Assembly: GCA_003144275.1 (NCBI GenBank) | Contig: NJBF01000029.1 | Location: 1 to 32,000 of the forward strand | Reading direction: 5' to 3' | DNA length: 32,000 nucleotides | From: Candidatus Heimdallarchaeota archaeon B3_Heim | GTDB taxonomy: Archaea; Asgardarchaeota; Heimdallarchaeia; Hodarchaeales; Hodarchaeaceae | Shown here: piece by piece, positions 1-6,998 of the stretch | Numbering within the stretch: the stretch's first letter is position 1 | How the letters are laid out: each line of letters starts with the position of its first letter | The notes under the pieces: generated by a model | What the model saw: the letters and a program-made list of their open reading frames with translations, nothing else | Told to the model about the DNA's origin: nothing | Database searches by the model: none | Made by a program: the position numbers and the translations under genes

Positions 1-1
1 C

Positions 2-316
2 GAAGAGCTGTGGTTCCCCGAGTGGGACCGTGTCGGCACACCGTGGGATAATCCTGAAAACTACGAAAAACACAATCCGATCAACTTCGTCAAGAACTGG
101 AAGACGCCCATGCTCGTAATCCACGGAGCGCAGGACTTTCGCGTGGCAGATACCCAGGGTCTGGGTACATTTAATGCCCTGCAGCGGCGGGCAATTCCAA
201 GCAAGCTGCTCTACTTCCCCGATGAAAACCACTGGGTCCTGGAACCGGCAAATTCCATCCTCTGGCACGAAACCGTCATCGCCTGGCTCGACCAATGGCT
301 CAAAAATGATGATTGA
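2..316 (+). CDS. S9 family (prolyl oligopeptidase/acylaminoacyl peptidase-like) serine peptidase, C-terminal fragment; 5' end outside window
   Basis: Frame is open from base 2 (EELWFPEWD...NWKTPMLVIHGAQDFRV...FPDENHWVL). HGxxDxRV and FPDExH carry the catalytic Asp and His of S9 alpha/beta hydrolases. GC-rich (35/60 in bases 1-60). Confidence 0.85.
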   Translation, partial: EELWFPEWDRVGTPWDNPENYEKHNPINFVKNWKTPMLVIHGAQDFRVADTQGLGTFNALQRRAIPSKLLYFPDENHWVLEPANSILWHETVIAWLDQWLKNDD

Positions 317-443
317 TTCCAAAATTTCCCTGTTAAGAGATGACATCGACAGAAGATTTTGATAGTATATAGCTTGTGGAAGCCATTCAACGCAGTTTAC
401 GTTATGATAAATTGTTGAATACGCTTTTGGAGGAATTATTCTA

Positions 444-743
444 ATGAGGACGATACATTTTTTTCTTCTTGCGGGATTGCTGATATCATTCTTGCCCGGA
501 TTGGCATGGGCAAATTCTGCGCCGGTCGCAAGTAATGTAGCCACAGCCGAGCCGTCTGCTCGCCCGCCGGGGCGATTGGTCGTTTCGATTCTGTGGTTCG
601 AAGATAAGACCGGCGACCCACAGGCTGCGCACTGGCGCTACGCCATTGAGGGTATGCTCTCGAACCAATTCAGGCAAATCAAATCCTTCTTCGATCAAAG
701 ATTCAGTCGATATGATACAAAAGGAATTTTTTTCAGATATTGA
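444..743 (+). CDS. N-terminal fragment of a secreted bacterial-type protein; truncated or chimeric after about base 686
   Basis: Signal-peptide-like start (MRTIHFFLLAGLLISFLPGLAWA). VVSILWFEDKTGDPQAAHW resembles TolB-N/CsgG-like N-terminal segments. The last ~18 codons lie in AT-rich antisense sequence of the neighbouring gene. Confidence 0.5.
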   Translation: MRTIHFFLLAGLLISFLPGLAWANSAPVASNVATAEPSARPPGRLVVSILWFEDKTGDPQAAHWRYAIEGMLSNQFRQIKSFFDQRFSRYDTKGIFFRY

Positions 744-1061
744 ATCTTTAATTTCTGCAAAAATTTTTTGAAATAATGGGCTATTCTCAAGGGATTGATC
801 CTTAATCTCACTTTGGCCCTTTTTAAATAGCTTATCTAAAAATTGACCAGCTTGATCAAGATAAAATCGATTTTCTGAAAGAGGGATTTTCTTATTTTCG
901 GACTCAATCAAACCAATTGAGTTTTTTAGAATTTTCTGGTATTTATAATCTTGAAGGAGCTTCCTTATGAGGAGGAATGTCAGAATGAGTAATAAAATCC
1001 AGATGAAAACATAGAAATAAAATGAGAATAATAAATCTACAAAATCTGCAATAAAACTCAT
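486..1061 (-). CDS. Hypothetical membrane protein, third gene of the moxR cluster; only codons ~1-129 (1061 to ~676) look genuine
   Basis: N-terminal TM segment; ATG overlaps the stop of the DUF4129 gene. After IEEGFDL the frame runs into the antisense of the GC-rich segment. Confidence 0.55.
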   Translation of the reverse strand: MSFIADFVDLLFSFYFYVFIWILLLILTFLLIRKLLQDYKYQKILKNSIGLIESENKKIPLSENRFYLDQAGQFLDKLFKKGQSEIKDQSLENSPLFQKIFAEIKDSISEKNSFCIISTESLIEEGFDLPELVREHTLNGVAPVRSLWVAGLIFEPQNRNDQSPRRASRRLGCGYITCDRRRICPCQSGQE

Positions 1062-1951
1062 TCTTCTTCCTCCAGTGGATCGATCTCAATGTTAGAAAAC
1101 TCAAAAATAATTTTTTGTGAAACCACTTTCGCACGATTGACTGAACTTTGTGAGATTTCATGTTCTGAGAATTTTGCCTCTGAAAAGAGATCGGTAAGTT
1201 CATTAAAGTCCTCTATCTCTGTTAATTTCTTCTTTTCGACATCTTCATCAAACTCTACCGCAGTTAGGTGATCAGACTTATCTGCTCCTTTTCCCTCTAA
1301 ATATTCCGATGTTTGATAATAACATTCAATTATATTCTTTGGGGCATCTTCAAATTCTTTGGGTGTTCTATGATTCTCCTCTATCGATATCAAGGGTTCA
1401 GAACCCTCTTGCTTCCTTTTTCTCTCCGTTCGAAAGATAACGATGGCCGATATTAAAATAAGAATAATAAAAAATGAATTTTGAATATCACCTAGAATCG
1501 GTAAGACTAGGAGGGGTTCTCGAGTATATCGAGTAGTAGGTGCTGTTTCTGAACTATCTGTAAGTGTTTCTGTATCAGTAATAGAAGTAGAACTTAAGGG
1601 TACAGTTGTTGTGGATGATTCAATAGGATTAAAATCATAGGGTTTGTAATTAGCACCCGTAATTATCGATGCTACAAAAAATAAGAGCAACATCGCTACT
1701 AACCAAATTGTGATTGGTTTGAAAATGCGAAAAGGGAACTCCAATTTAAGGAGGATCCAAATAAGAATTAATAAGGGAATAATAATAGCGACTAATTCAA
1801 ATATCGGTAGATTAAGTTTTAGCACTGGATTTTCTTCTCTTCTCCCATGTAGTAATTCCATTGTTATCTGAAAAATCGCCAAACTTAAGAGTAGAAATAT
1901 TATTAGGAAAGTTTCCTTTCTTCTTAGCGATTTAAATCTTTGATTAACCAC
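1058..1951 (-). CDS. Membrane protein with C-terminal DUF4129-like domain (MoxR-associated)
   Basis: Several TM helices, a Ser/Thr-rich linker, then IIECYYQTSEYL...TAVEF...LTDLFSEAKFSEHEIS, typical of DUF4129. GTG start overlaps the moxR TAG. Confidence 0.7.
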   Translation of the reverse strand: MVNQRFKSLRRKETFLIIFLLLSLAIFQITMELLHGRREENPVLKLNLPIFELVAIIIPLLILIWILLKLEFPFRIFKPITIWLVAMLLLFFVASIITGANYKPYDFNPIESSTTTVPLSSTSITDTETLTDSSETAPTTRYTREPLLVLPILGDIQNSFFIILILISAIVIFRTERKRKQEGSEPLISIEENHRTPKEFEDAPKNIIECYYQTSEYLEGKGADKSDHLTAVEFDEDVEKKKLTEIEDFNELTDLFSEAKFSEHEISQSSVNRAKVVSQKIIFEFSNIEIDPLEEEE

Positions 1952-2913
1952 TACAATTCTTTCCTAGGAGCTTTAACGTTTGTTAAAATCCTTGAAACAA
2001 CCTCTTCAGACGAACCACCAGCAATAAATGACCCAATATTCAGAATAATTCGATGTGATAACGTAAGGGGTGCTAATTCTTTGACATCTTGAGGTATTAC
2101 ATAATCTCTAGCACTAAGTACTGCGTTGGCACGTGCAAGTGCCATGAGATCTAATGATCCTCGAGGAGAGGCTCCAACTCTTACTTGAGGAGCTTTTCGA
2201 GTACGATCCACAATCTCGACTATATAGTCCTTTATTTCGTCAGAAACAGATACGGTTTCGACAATCTGTTGCATCTTCCGAAAAACATCTTTTGTGATTA
2301 TTTGCGATAGTGAGAAAGACTTTGATTTGCGGTTGATTCGATTTGTCAATATTTTTGCTTCATCTGTCCTTGATGGATAACCAATTCGAATTTTACTTAA
2401 GAACCTATCAATTTGTGCTTCAGGAAGGGCAAACGTGCCTTCAAGTTCTAGAGGATTTTGCGTTGCGACCACTAAGAATGGTTTCTCTGAGCTAGTTAGG
2501 TGATAAGTCTTTCCTCCTATAGTTACTTGATACTCTCCCATTGCTTCCAATAAAGCACTTTGTGTCTTTGGCGTAGCCCGATTGATTTCGTCAGCTAAAA
2601 TAATATCGGCAAACAAAGGACCTGGTTTGAATTCAAAGTCGTTAACTTTTTGATTATAAATTTCGGATCCAGTGAGATCCTGAGGAAGTAAATCTGGAGT
2701 AAACTGGATTCGATTGAATTCACATCCAAGAACAGATGCAAAAGATCGACAAATCATTGTTTTAGCAAGACCAGGATAATCTTCGAATAATATATGACCA
2801 TCTGCGAGAAGACAAAGCATAACTTGCCGTAATACTGCGTCCTTACCGATGATATGACTACCGATTTGAGTTAAAATAATGTTACAGGTTTCAACGGTTT
2901 CTTGGATATTCAT
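1951..2913 (-). CDS. moxR: MoxR-family AAA+ ATPase
   Basis: GHILFEDYPGLAKT (Walker A variant), RIQFTPDLLPQD, ILADEINRATPKTQSALLEAM, ATQNPLE, LPEAQIDRF, GASPRG. AGGAGG lies upstream. Confidence 0.95.
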   Translation of the reverse strand: MNIQETVETCNIILTQIGSHIIGKDAVLRQVMLCLLADGHILFEDYPGLAKTMICRSFASVLGCEFNRIQFTPDLLPQDLTGSEIYNQKVNDFEFKPGPLFADIILADEINRATPKTQSALLEAMGEYQVTIGGKTYHLTSSEKPFLVVATQNPLELEGTFALPEAQIDRFLSKIRIGYPSRTDEAKILTNRINRKSKSFSLSQIITKDVFRKMQQIVETVSVSDEIKDYIVEIVDRTRKAPQVRVGASPRGSLDLMALARANAVLSARDYVIPQDVKELAPLTLSHRIILNIGSFIAGGSSEEVVSRILTNVKAPRKEL

Positions 2914-3196
2914 AGTAGAAGGATCCTCCTATTTAGAGTGTTAAGTAAGAAAGATTTTCTGGATTTCGCTAAATGCATTTTTGAAAAGCTGGTATTATGA
3001 TTATTTAGATAAAACATCGTATTAACACCATTACAGGTGCAAATTCATCTTCTGACTTGATTGATGTTGCAATAAGCAAATTTCCTAAAATTTAAAATAT
3101 AATTCAAGTGTATTCTAGTTTAGCAGTATTTCTAACTATAATAAGCCTCGTATTCAATAAAAGAAGAAAATAGAAGAGCTCATAATAACTTGGGAA

Positions 3197-3601
3197 TTAC
3201 GCTTCTTTCCAGTCCCAGATCCCCACTTTTATCCAACGGCAGTAGGCCCAGATCCATGTTTGAATCATAATTGCTGCATCATATGCAGTAAACGTGAAAT
3301 GCCAGTCTTTCTGTGGACGCAGATAACAAATTTCGGTATGGCCATACTCATCCCGTCCATAAACATGGTGTGCCCGACTGGATATTTTCGGTACAACAAT
3401 CCATGCACGTGGTGGAGCGTTAGGGTAATTGTGCGGAAATTCGATCAATACGGTGAATGTACCGTGAGCATATTGTCCAGTAGTGGAATATTTTACTTGA
3501 ACAGCAATGTTACCATTATTTAAGTAGTAAAAATCTTTTCGCGTTAACCCTGGAAATACTCCTTTCAATTCATGCAATTCGTTCTCGACAGTACGATTCA
3601 T
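3197..3601 (-). CDS. E2/UBC-fold protein (prokaryotic E2-like), paralogue 1
   Basis: FTVLIEFPHNYPNAPP matches the UBC F-x-I-x-FP-x-x-YP-x-x-PP signature. HHVY...ICYL places a Cys at the catalytic position, followed by the conserved W (KDW). Confidence 0.8.
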   Translation of the reverse strand: MNRTVENELHELKGVFPGLTRKDFYYLNNGNIAVQVKYSTTGQYAHGTFTVLIEFPHNYPNAPPRAWIVVPKISSRAHHVYGRDEYGHTEICYLRPQKDWHFTFTAYDAAIMIQTWIWAYCRWIKVGIWDWKEA

Positions 3602-3636
3602 TACCCTACTTCCTTGTTCTACTATACTCAGTAATT

Positions 3637-4071
3637 CTAAAATATATGATCAATTACACCAGCTTCTGGCCAGTCCCATACATTCGTCTTGGTCCATCTA
3701 CAATACGTTCTAAGCCAAATTTCTACCAAAAGAGCTGTTTCATAAGAACTAAAATTGAGACGCCAGTCTTTCTTTGGGCGGAGATAACAGATACTCGCAT
3801 GACCATCCTCATCCCATCCATAAACATGGGGGGTATTTTTCAGAATTTTCGGTTTTTGAACCCATACTTTGGGGGAGCCAACTGGATAATTATAGGGAAA
3901 TTCAATCAGGATATCAAAATGACCACAGGCATATTTTCCCGTAGTAATAAAGCTTAATTGAACACATTTATTTTTATTTTTAAGTTGAAGAAAATCTTTT
4001 CTTTGTAAATCAGGGAATATTTTCTTTAATTTTTCTAATTCCCTATCGACTAAATTTCCTCTTAATGACAT
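3637..4071 (-). CDS. E2/UBC-fold protein (prokaryotic E2-like), paralogue 2
   Basis: FDILIEFPYNYPVGSP, PHVY...ICYLRPKKDW. A hand ungapped alignment to paralogue 1 gives 68/134 identities (~51%). Confidence 0.8.
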   Translation of the reverse strand: MSLRGNLVDRELEKLKKIFPDLQRKDFLQLKNKNKCVQLSFITTGKYACGHFDILIEFPYNYPVGSPKVWVQKPKILKNTPHVYGWDEDGHASICYLRPKKDWRLNFSSYETALLVEIWLRTYCRWTKTNVWDWPEAGVIDHIF

Positions 4072-4116
4072 GAATTTTACACTTCAGACGTTAGTTGTTT
4101 TGAGGATTGATCCAAT

Positions 4117-5334
4117 TTACACTTCTTCAGTTTTCTTCTCTAAGTTTGGTCCGTGAAATGGACATCCTTTATCTTTCTCTAAATCTTCATAGTAAACAAG
4201 CTCAAGTCCTTCAAAATTAATTATCTCAGTATTCGGTTTCATTATATTTCTGTTGTACCAGAGATAGAAATTAAATGGAAAGTGGTACAACCTATGTTCA
4301 TGTCCTTCTAAGAGAGTTGCTAAGCAAAACTTTGAGAGAAGAATTGTCAAATTATCAATATCTAAACCCAATCCTGGTTGGGCAAGTTGCTCCTGCATAG
4401 ACCGATCGTAAACTATTTTCTTTTCCAATTCATTGGTTGTGGGAATGCTACCTTTTGTTCCTCCATCCGTTAAAGGATATGCAAGGGAGTCAGCATATAC
4501 ACAATGATAACATAAATCATCTTTACGCGGATCCACTTTAAACAACAATCCCCCTTTCACACCATCAAAGGTTCCTGCATAAATAACTGGGAACTTCAAG
4601 TCATTGGTGTGGATGAAATCATTTATAGCAAAATTAACATCATGTTCTCCAGAAACAGCTATCAGGAGATCAATATCAGTAAATAAATCCAAGAAATAAA
4701 CAGCATCAGCTTTTGTTTGTAAAACAAATTTCTTTTCTACCGTTGTTATTTCGGTTCCTGGTATTCTTGCATGAATATAGTCTTTAACTGCCCTTGTTTT
4801 ATATCTCCCAAGGTGTCCAAGATCTGAAATATGCCGAATAATATTGTGGACTTCAAGATAATCGTTATCAATAAAGATAAATTTTTTAATTCCTGTTTTA
4901 GCAAGATACAAAGCCAAAAGAGACCCACCTGATCCCATACCAATAATAGCCACTTTTTTTTCTCTTAGTATCTTTAATGGAGTTTCTTCTTGATCAATAC
5001 GTACAAATAATCGATTAAGATCAATCATTTCTATAGCAAAATCTTGGACAACAGTAATAATTTCTTCTTTTTCAAAAATTTCTATTTTAGCAATCTTAAG
5101 GGTTTTTGAATCAAGTATCAAGTTAATAAAAGGGAACTTAAGTGAGAAATTAGGATTTGTGTTTTCTAGCGAAATATATCCAATTTGTTTAACAGTATCA
5201 GAGGTAGATGATATTTCGACAAGGTGAAACACTGTAAAATCGTCAAATATTCTTCCATACAAAGGAAAAGGATCTTCCTGAAAGTTTAATTCATTTAGTT
5301 GAGCCTTAAATTCAGGATACATGAGAAACTTCAT
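4117..5334 (-). CDS. E1-like ThiF/MoeB-family adenylyltransferase with ~110-aa N-terminal extension
   Basis: KVAIIGMGSGGS (nucleotide-binding), IDNDYLEVHNIIRH, GRYKT, Zn ligands CYHC (4501-4512) and CPFH (4153-4164). ATG at 5334, five bases after the JAB stop, is preferred over the track start at 5367. Confidence 0.9.
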   Translation of the reverse strand: MKFLMYPEFKAQLNELNFQEDPFPLYGRIFDDFTVFHLVEISSTSDTVKQIGYISLENTNPNFSLKFPFINLILDSKTLKIAKIEIFEKEEIITVVQDFAIEMIDLNRLFVRIDQEETPLKILREKKVAIIGMGSGGSLLALYLAKTGIKKFIFIDNDYLEVHNIIRHISDLGHLGRYKTRAVKDYIHARIPGTEITTVEKKFVLQTKADAVYFLDLFTDIDLLIAVSGEHDVNFAINDFIHTNDLKFPVIYAGTFDGVKGGLLFKVDPRKDDLCYHCVYADSLAYPLTDGGTKGSIPTTNELEKKIVYDRSMQEQLAQPGLGLDIDNLTILLSKFCLATLLEGHEHRLYHFPFNFYLWYNRNIMKPNTEIINFEGLELVYYEDLEKDKGCPFHGPNLEKKTEEV

Positions 5335-5339
5335 TTTTA

Positions 5340-6290
5340 TCACTTTTTGTCCTGCAAAATTTGCCAAAGAGGTTGCTCCAGAAGAGAGGGGATATCATCT
5401 TCAATATCAGTTTTTAGTAGAAGCAAAAATGGATTTATTAATTCCTTGTCATTTAAAGTCTCTGCTGGGTGAGTTTTAAATGTTATATTTTTTGACATAT
5501 CCTCTGAAGAAAAATCACAAAAGATTTTACCATCAGGGAATTCTGGGGGAAAAGATATTAATATCAATAGATTTACTAATTCTAGTTGGTCTAAGAGTTT
5601 AATTGTAAATTGATATGGGAATGATAAGACTTTTTCATCTGGTGTTTGACCTGTTAACTCTTCGATCTCATCCGTTGAAGTTAAATGATCAAAAATATTC
5701 ACAAGCTCATGTTTAACCTGTGTTAAAATATCACTTGGTACTCCTTTTTCTTCCTTTAGAGGTGTAGACATTTCTGTTCCTTCAATGGTGAAAGTCAAAT
5801 TACTTTGTGGAACACGACGAGTACGGAACGAATGGTTTTCAGTAAAACTTTCATCTCCTCGGAAGTAGACTTCAATAATTGGTTCGAACTCCACCTCTGA
5901 ATTGAAATTAATAATAAATGTCAAAATTACGTCAAGATGAGAATTTTTTCTGAAAAAATCCTCTATTTGTCTATGATCTCCGTGACTGGGACCACCGTAC
6001 CCAGGGTGCTTATGCCAATTTCCTAAATACTGTTGTTTCTCTTGCGATAAGACATTTTTTGCATATTCAGGATCTATTTCAAAATAAGCAGCTTTTCTGA
6101 CACAGTTATCGTCAGGAGGGATATGAGTCCTCACAATTTTTATAGTTAGTCGTGCTTCTTCCTCAATGACCTTCCCGAACAACATTCCACCAGTTTCTAT
6201 TTCTGGCCATAGGAAACCCTCTTTTACCATCTCATCGTATGTATCCTGAGTAATGTAGATAAATATGGACTCCGCTTGATAAGAGTACAC
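5340..6290 (-). CDS. JAB/MPN+ (JAMM) metallopeptidase with a C-terminal UBC/RWD-like domain
   Basis: ETGGMLFG (catalytic Glu) and GNWHKHPGYGGPSHGD (HxH...SxxD). GTG at 6290 follows GGGGAT; the track start is TTG 6317. The C-terminal LILISFPPEFP resembles the E2 ILIEFPYNYP. Confidence 0.85.
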   Translation of the reverse strand: MYSYQAESIFIYITQDTYDEMVKEGFLWPEIETGGMLFGKVIEEEARLTIKIVRTHIPPDDNCVRKAAYFEIDPEYAKNVLSQEKQQYLGNWHKHPGYGGPSHGDHRQIEDFFRKNSHLDVILTFIINFNSEVEFEPIIEVYFRGDESFTENHSFRTRRVPQSNLTFTIEGTEMSTPLKEEKGVPSDILTQVKHELVNIFDHLTSTDEIEELTGQTPDEKVLSFPYQFTIKLLDQLELVNLLILISFPPEFPDGKIFCDFSSEDMSKNITFKTHPAETLNDKELINPFLLLLKTDIEDDIPSLLEQPLWQILQDKK

Positions 6291-6341
6291 TGATATAATC
6301 CCCAAACTCTGGATCAAAAACTAAAAAAAGAGATATTTTAC

Positions 6342-6443
6342 CTAATAATGTTTCGATATTGGTACTGTATCTTTATTCTTTTCGGCATCTTCTGTTGCTT
6401 TCTCTTTTGACTCTGTGTCTACTCTTTTAACTGGTCGAGGCAT
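6342..6443 (-). CDS. 33-aa charged peptide MPRPVKRVDTESKEKATEDAEKNKDTVPISKHY, first gene of the JAB-E1-E2-E2 operon
   Basis: GGAG lies 9 nt upstream of the ATG, with an AT-rich TATA-like region further upstream. Same strand as, and immediately upstream of, the JAB gene. Confidence 0.55.
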   Translation of the reverse strand: MPRPVKRVDTESKEKATEDAEKNKDTVPISKHY

Positions 6444-6444
6444 T

Positions 6445-6505
6445 GTATTTTGCTCCATTAGTATGTAATTAAATACAGATTTAGTATATTTATTAATCTT
6501 TACTT
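6445..6505 (-). promoter_or_regulatory. Putative archaeal promoter and RBS for the peptide-JAB-E1-E2-E2 operon
   Basis: Minus strand reads gtaaagattaataaatata...taatggagcaaaatacaATG: purine-rich BRE-like element, TATA-like box, then GGAG. Confidence 0.4.
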
Positions 6506-6561
6506 CTGGGAATAGGAATAAGTTAGATGACATTCTGAAAAATTGTCGTGAATCACTTCTC

Positions 6562-6599
6562 AGGAAAAAAAGAGAAGAGTGAGAAATGACTTTTCACTC
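6562..6599 (-). terminator. Hairpin plus pyrimidine/T-run terminator after ccmE
   Basis: gagtgagaa/ttttcactc inverted repeat (6577-6599), followed on the minus strand by ttctctttttttcc. Confidence 0.55.
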
Positions 6600-6604
6600 G
6601 AATT

Positions 6605-6994
6605 TTAACTTGCATATTTGGAAGGACATTTTGTACTAATCATCGAAGCCTTGAACTGCCAGATATTCGAAATTGAAAGAAGTTTTCCTTCTACAACTAC
6701 TGTCTTGTCAACTTGAAATCCTGCTGGTCTTACTATATTGTTAGCAATTACTTGAATGAATAAACTGCCATTATTTTCCACCTGAGGATCAATAATTGTA
6801 AAATGAGTAGCGTTCATCTCCGTCACATTACCCACTATTTGTATTTTACGATCAATATAGGATTCTGGTTCAGGATGATCCATTAATTCTTGTACACTAA
6901 ATATTGGCACAGAGGAGCCTGTCAACAATATTAACAATGCTCCTGCACACACTAAAACAACAATGCCTGCTGCAATATTCTTGTTATTAACCAT
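6605..6994 (-). CDS. ccmE: Cytochrome c maturation heme chaperone CcmE, CxxxY type
   Basis: N-terminal TM, OB-fold-like core (IQIVGNV...VVVEGKL), C-terminal KCPSKY. ATG 6994 follows GGAGA; the track start is 7012. Confidence 0.92.
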   Translation of the reverse strand: MVNNKNIAAGIVVLVCAGALLILLTGSSVPIFSVQELMDHPEPESYIDRKIQIVGNVTEMNATHFTIIDPQVENNGSLFIQVIANNIVRPAGFQVDKTVVVEGKLLSISNIWQFKASMISTKCPSKYAS

Positions 6995-6998
6995 TTCT

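Noticed and set aside
2914-3196. Possible hidden ubiquitin-like gene downstream of the E2 pair
   Set aside because: The ATG-started minus-strand frames I checked close within ~10 codons, the track lists no ORF of 60 aa or more wholly inside this gap, and no GG-ending ORF is visible.
3260-3957. Plus-strand ORFs 3260-3523 and 3646-3957
   Set aside because: Antisense shadows of the E2 genes; their mutual similarity only mirrors the E2 duplication.
6444-6533. 63-aa version of the peptide ORF (MSSNLF...)
   Set aside because: The extension covers the TATA-like region and has no RBS, whereas ATG 6443 has a well-spaced GGAG.
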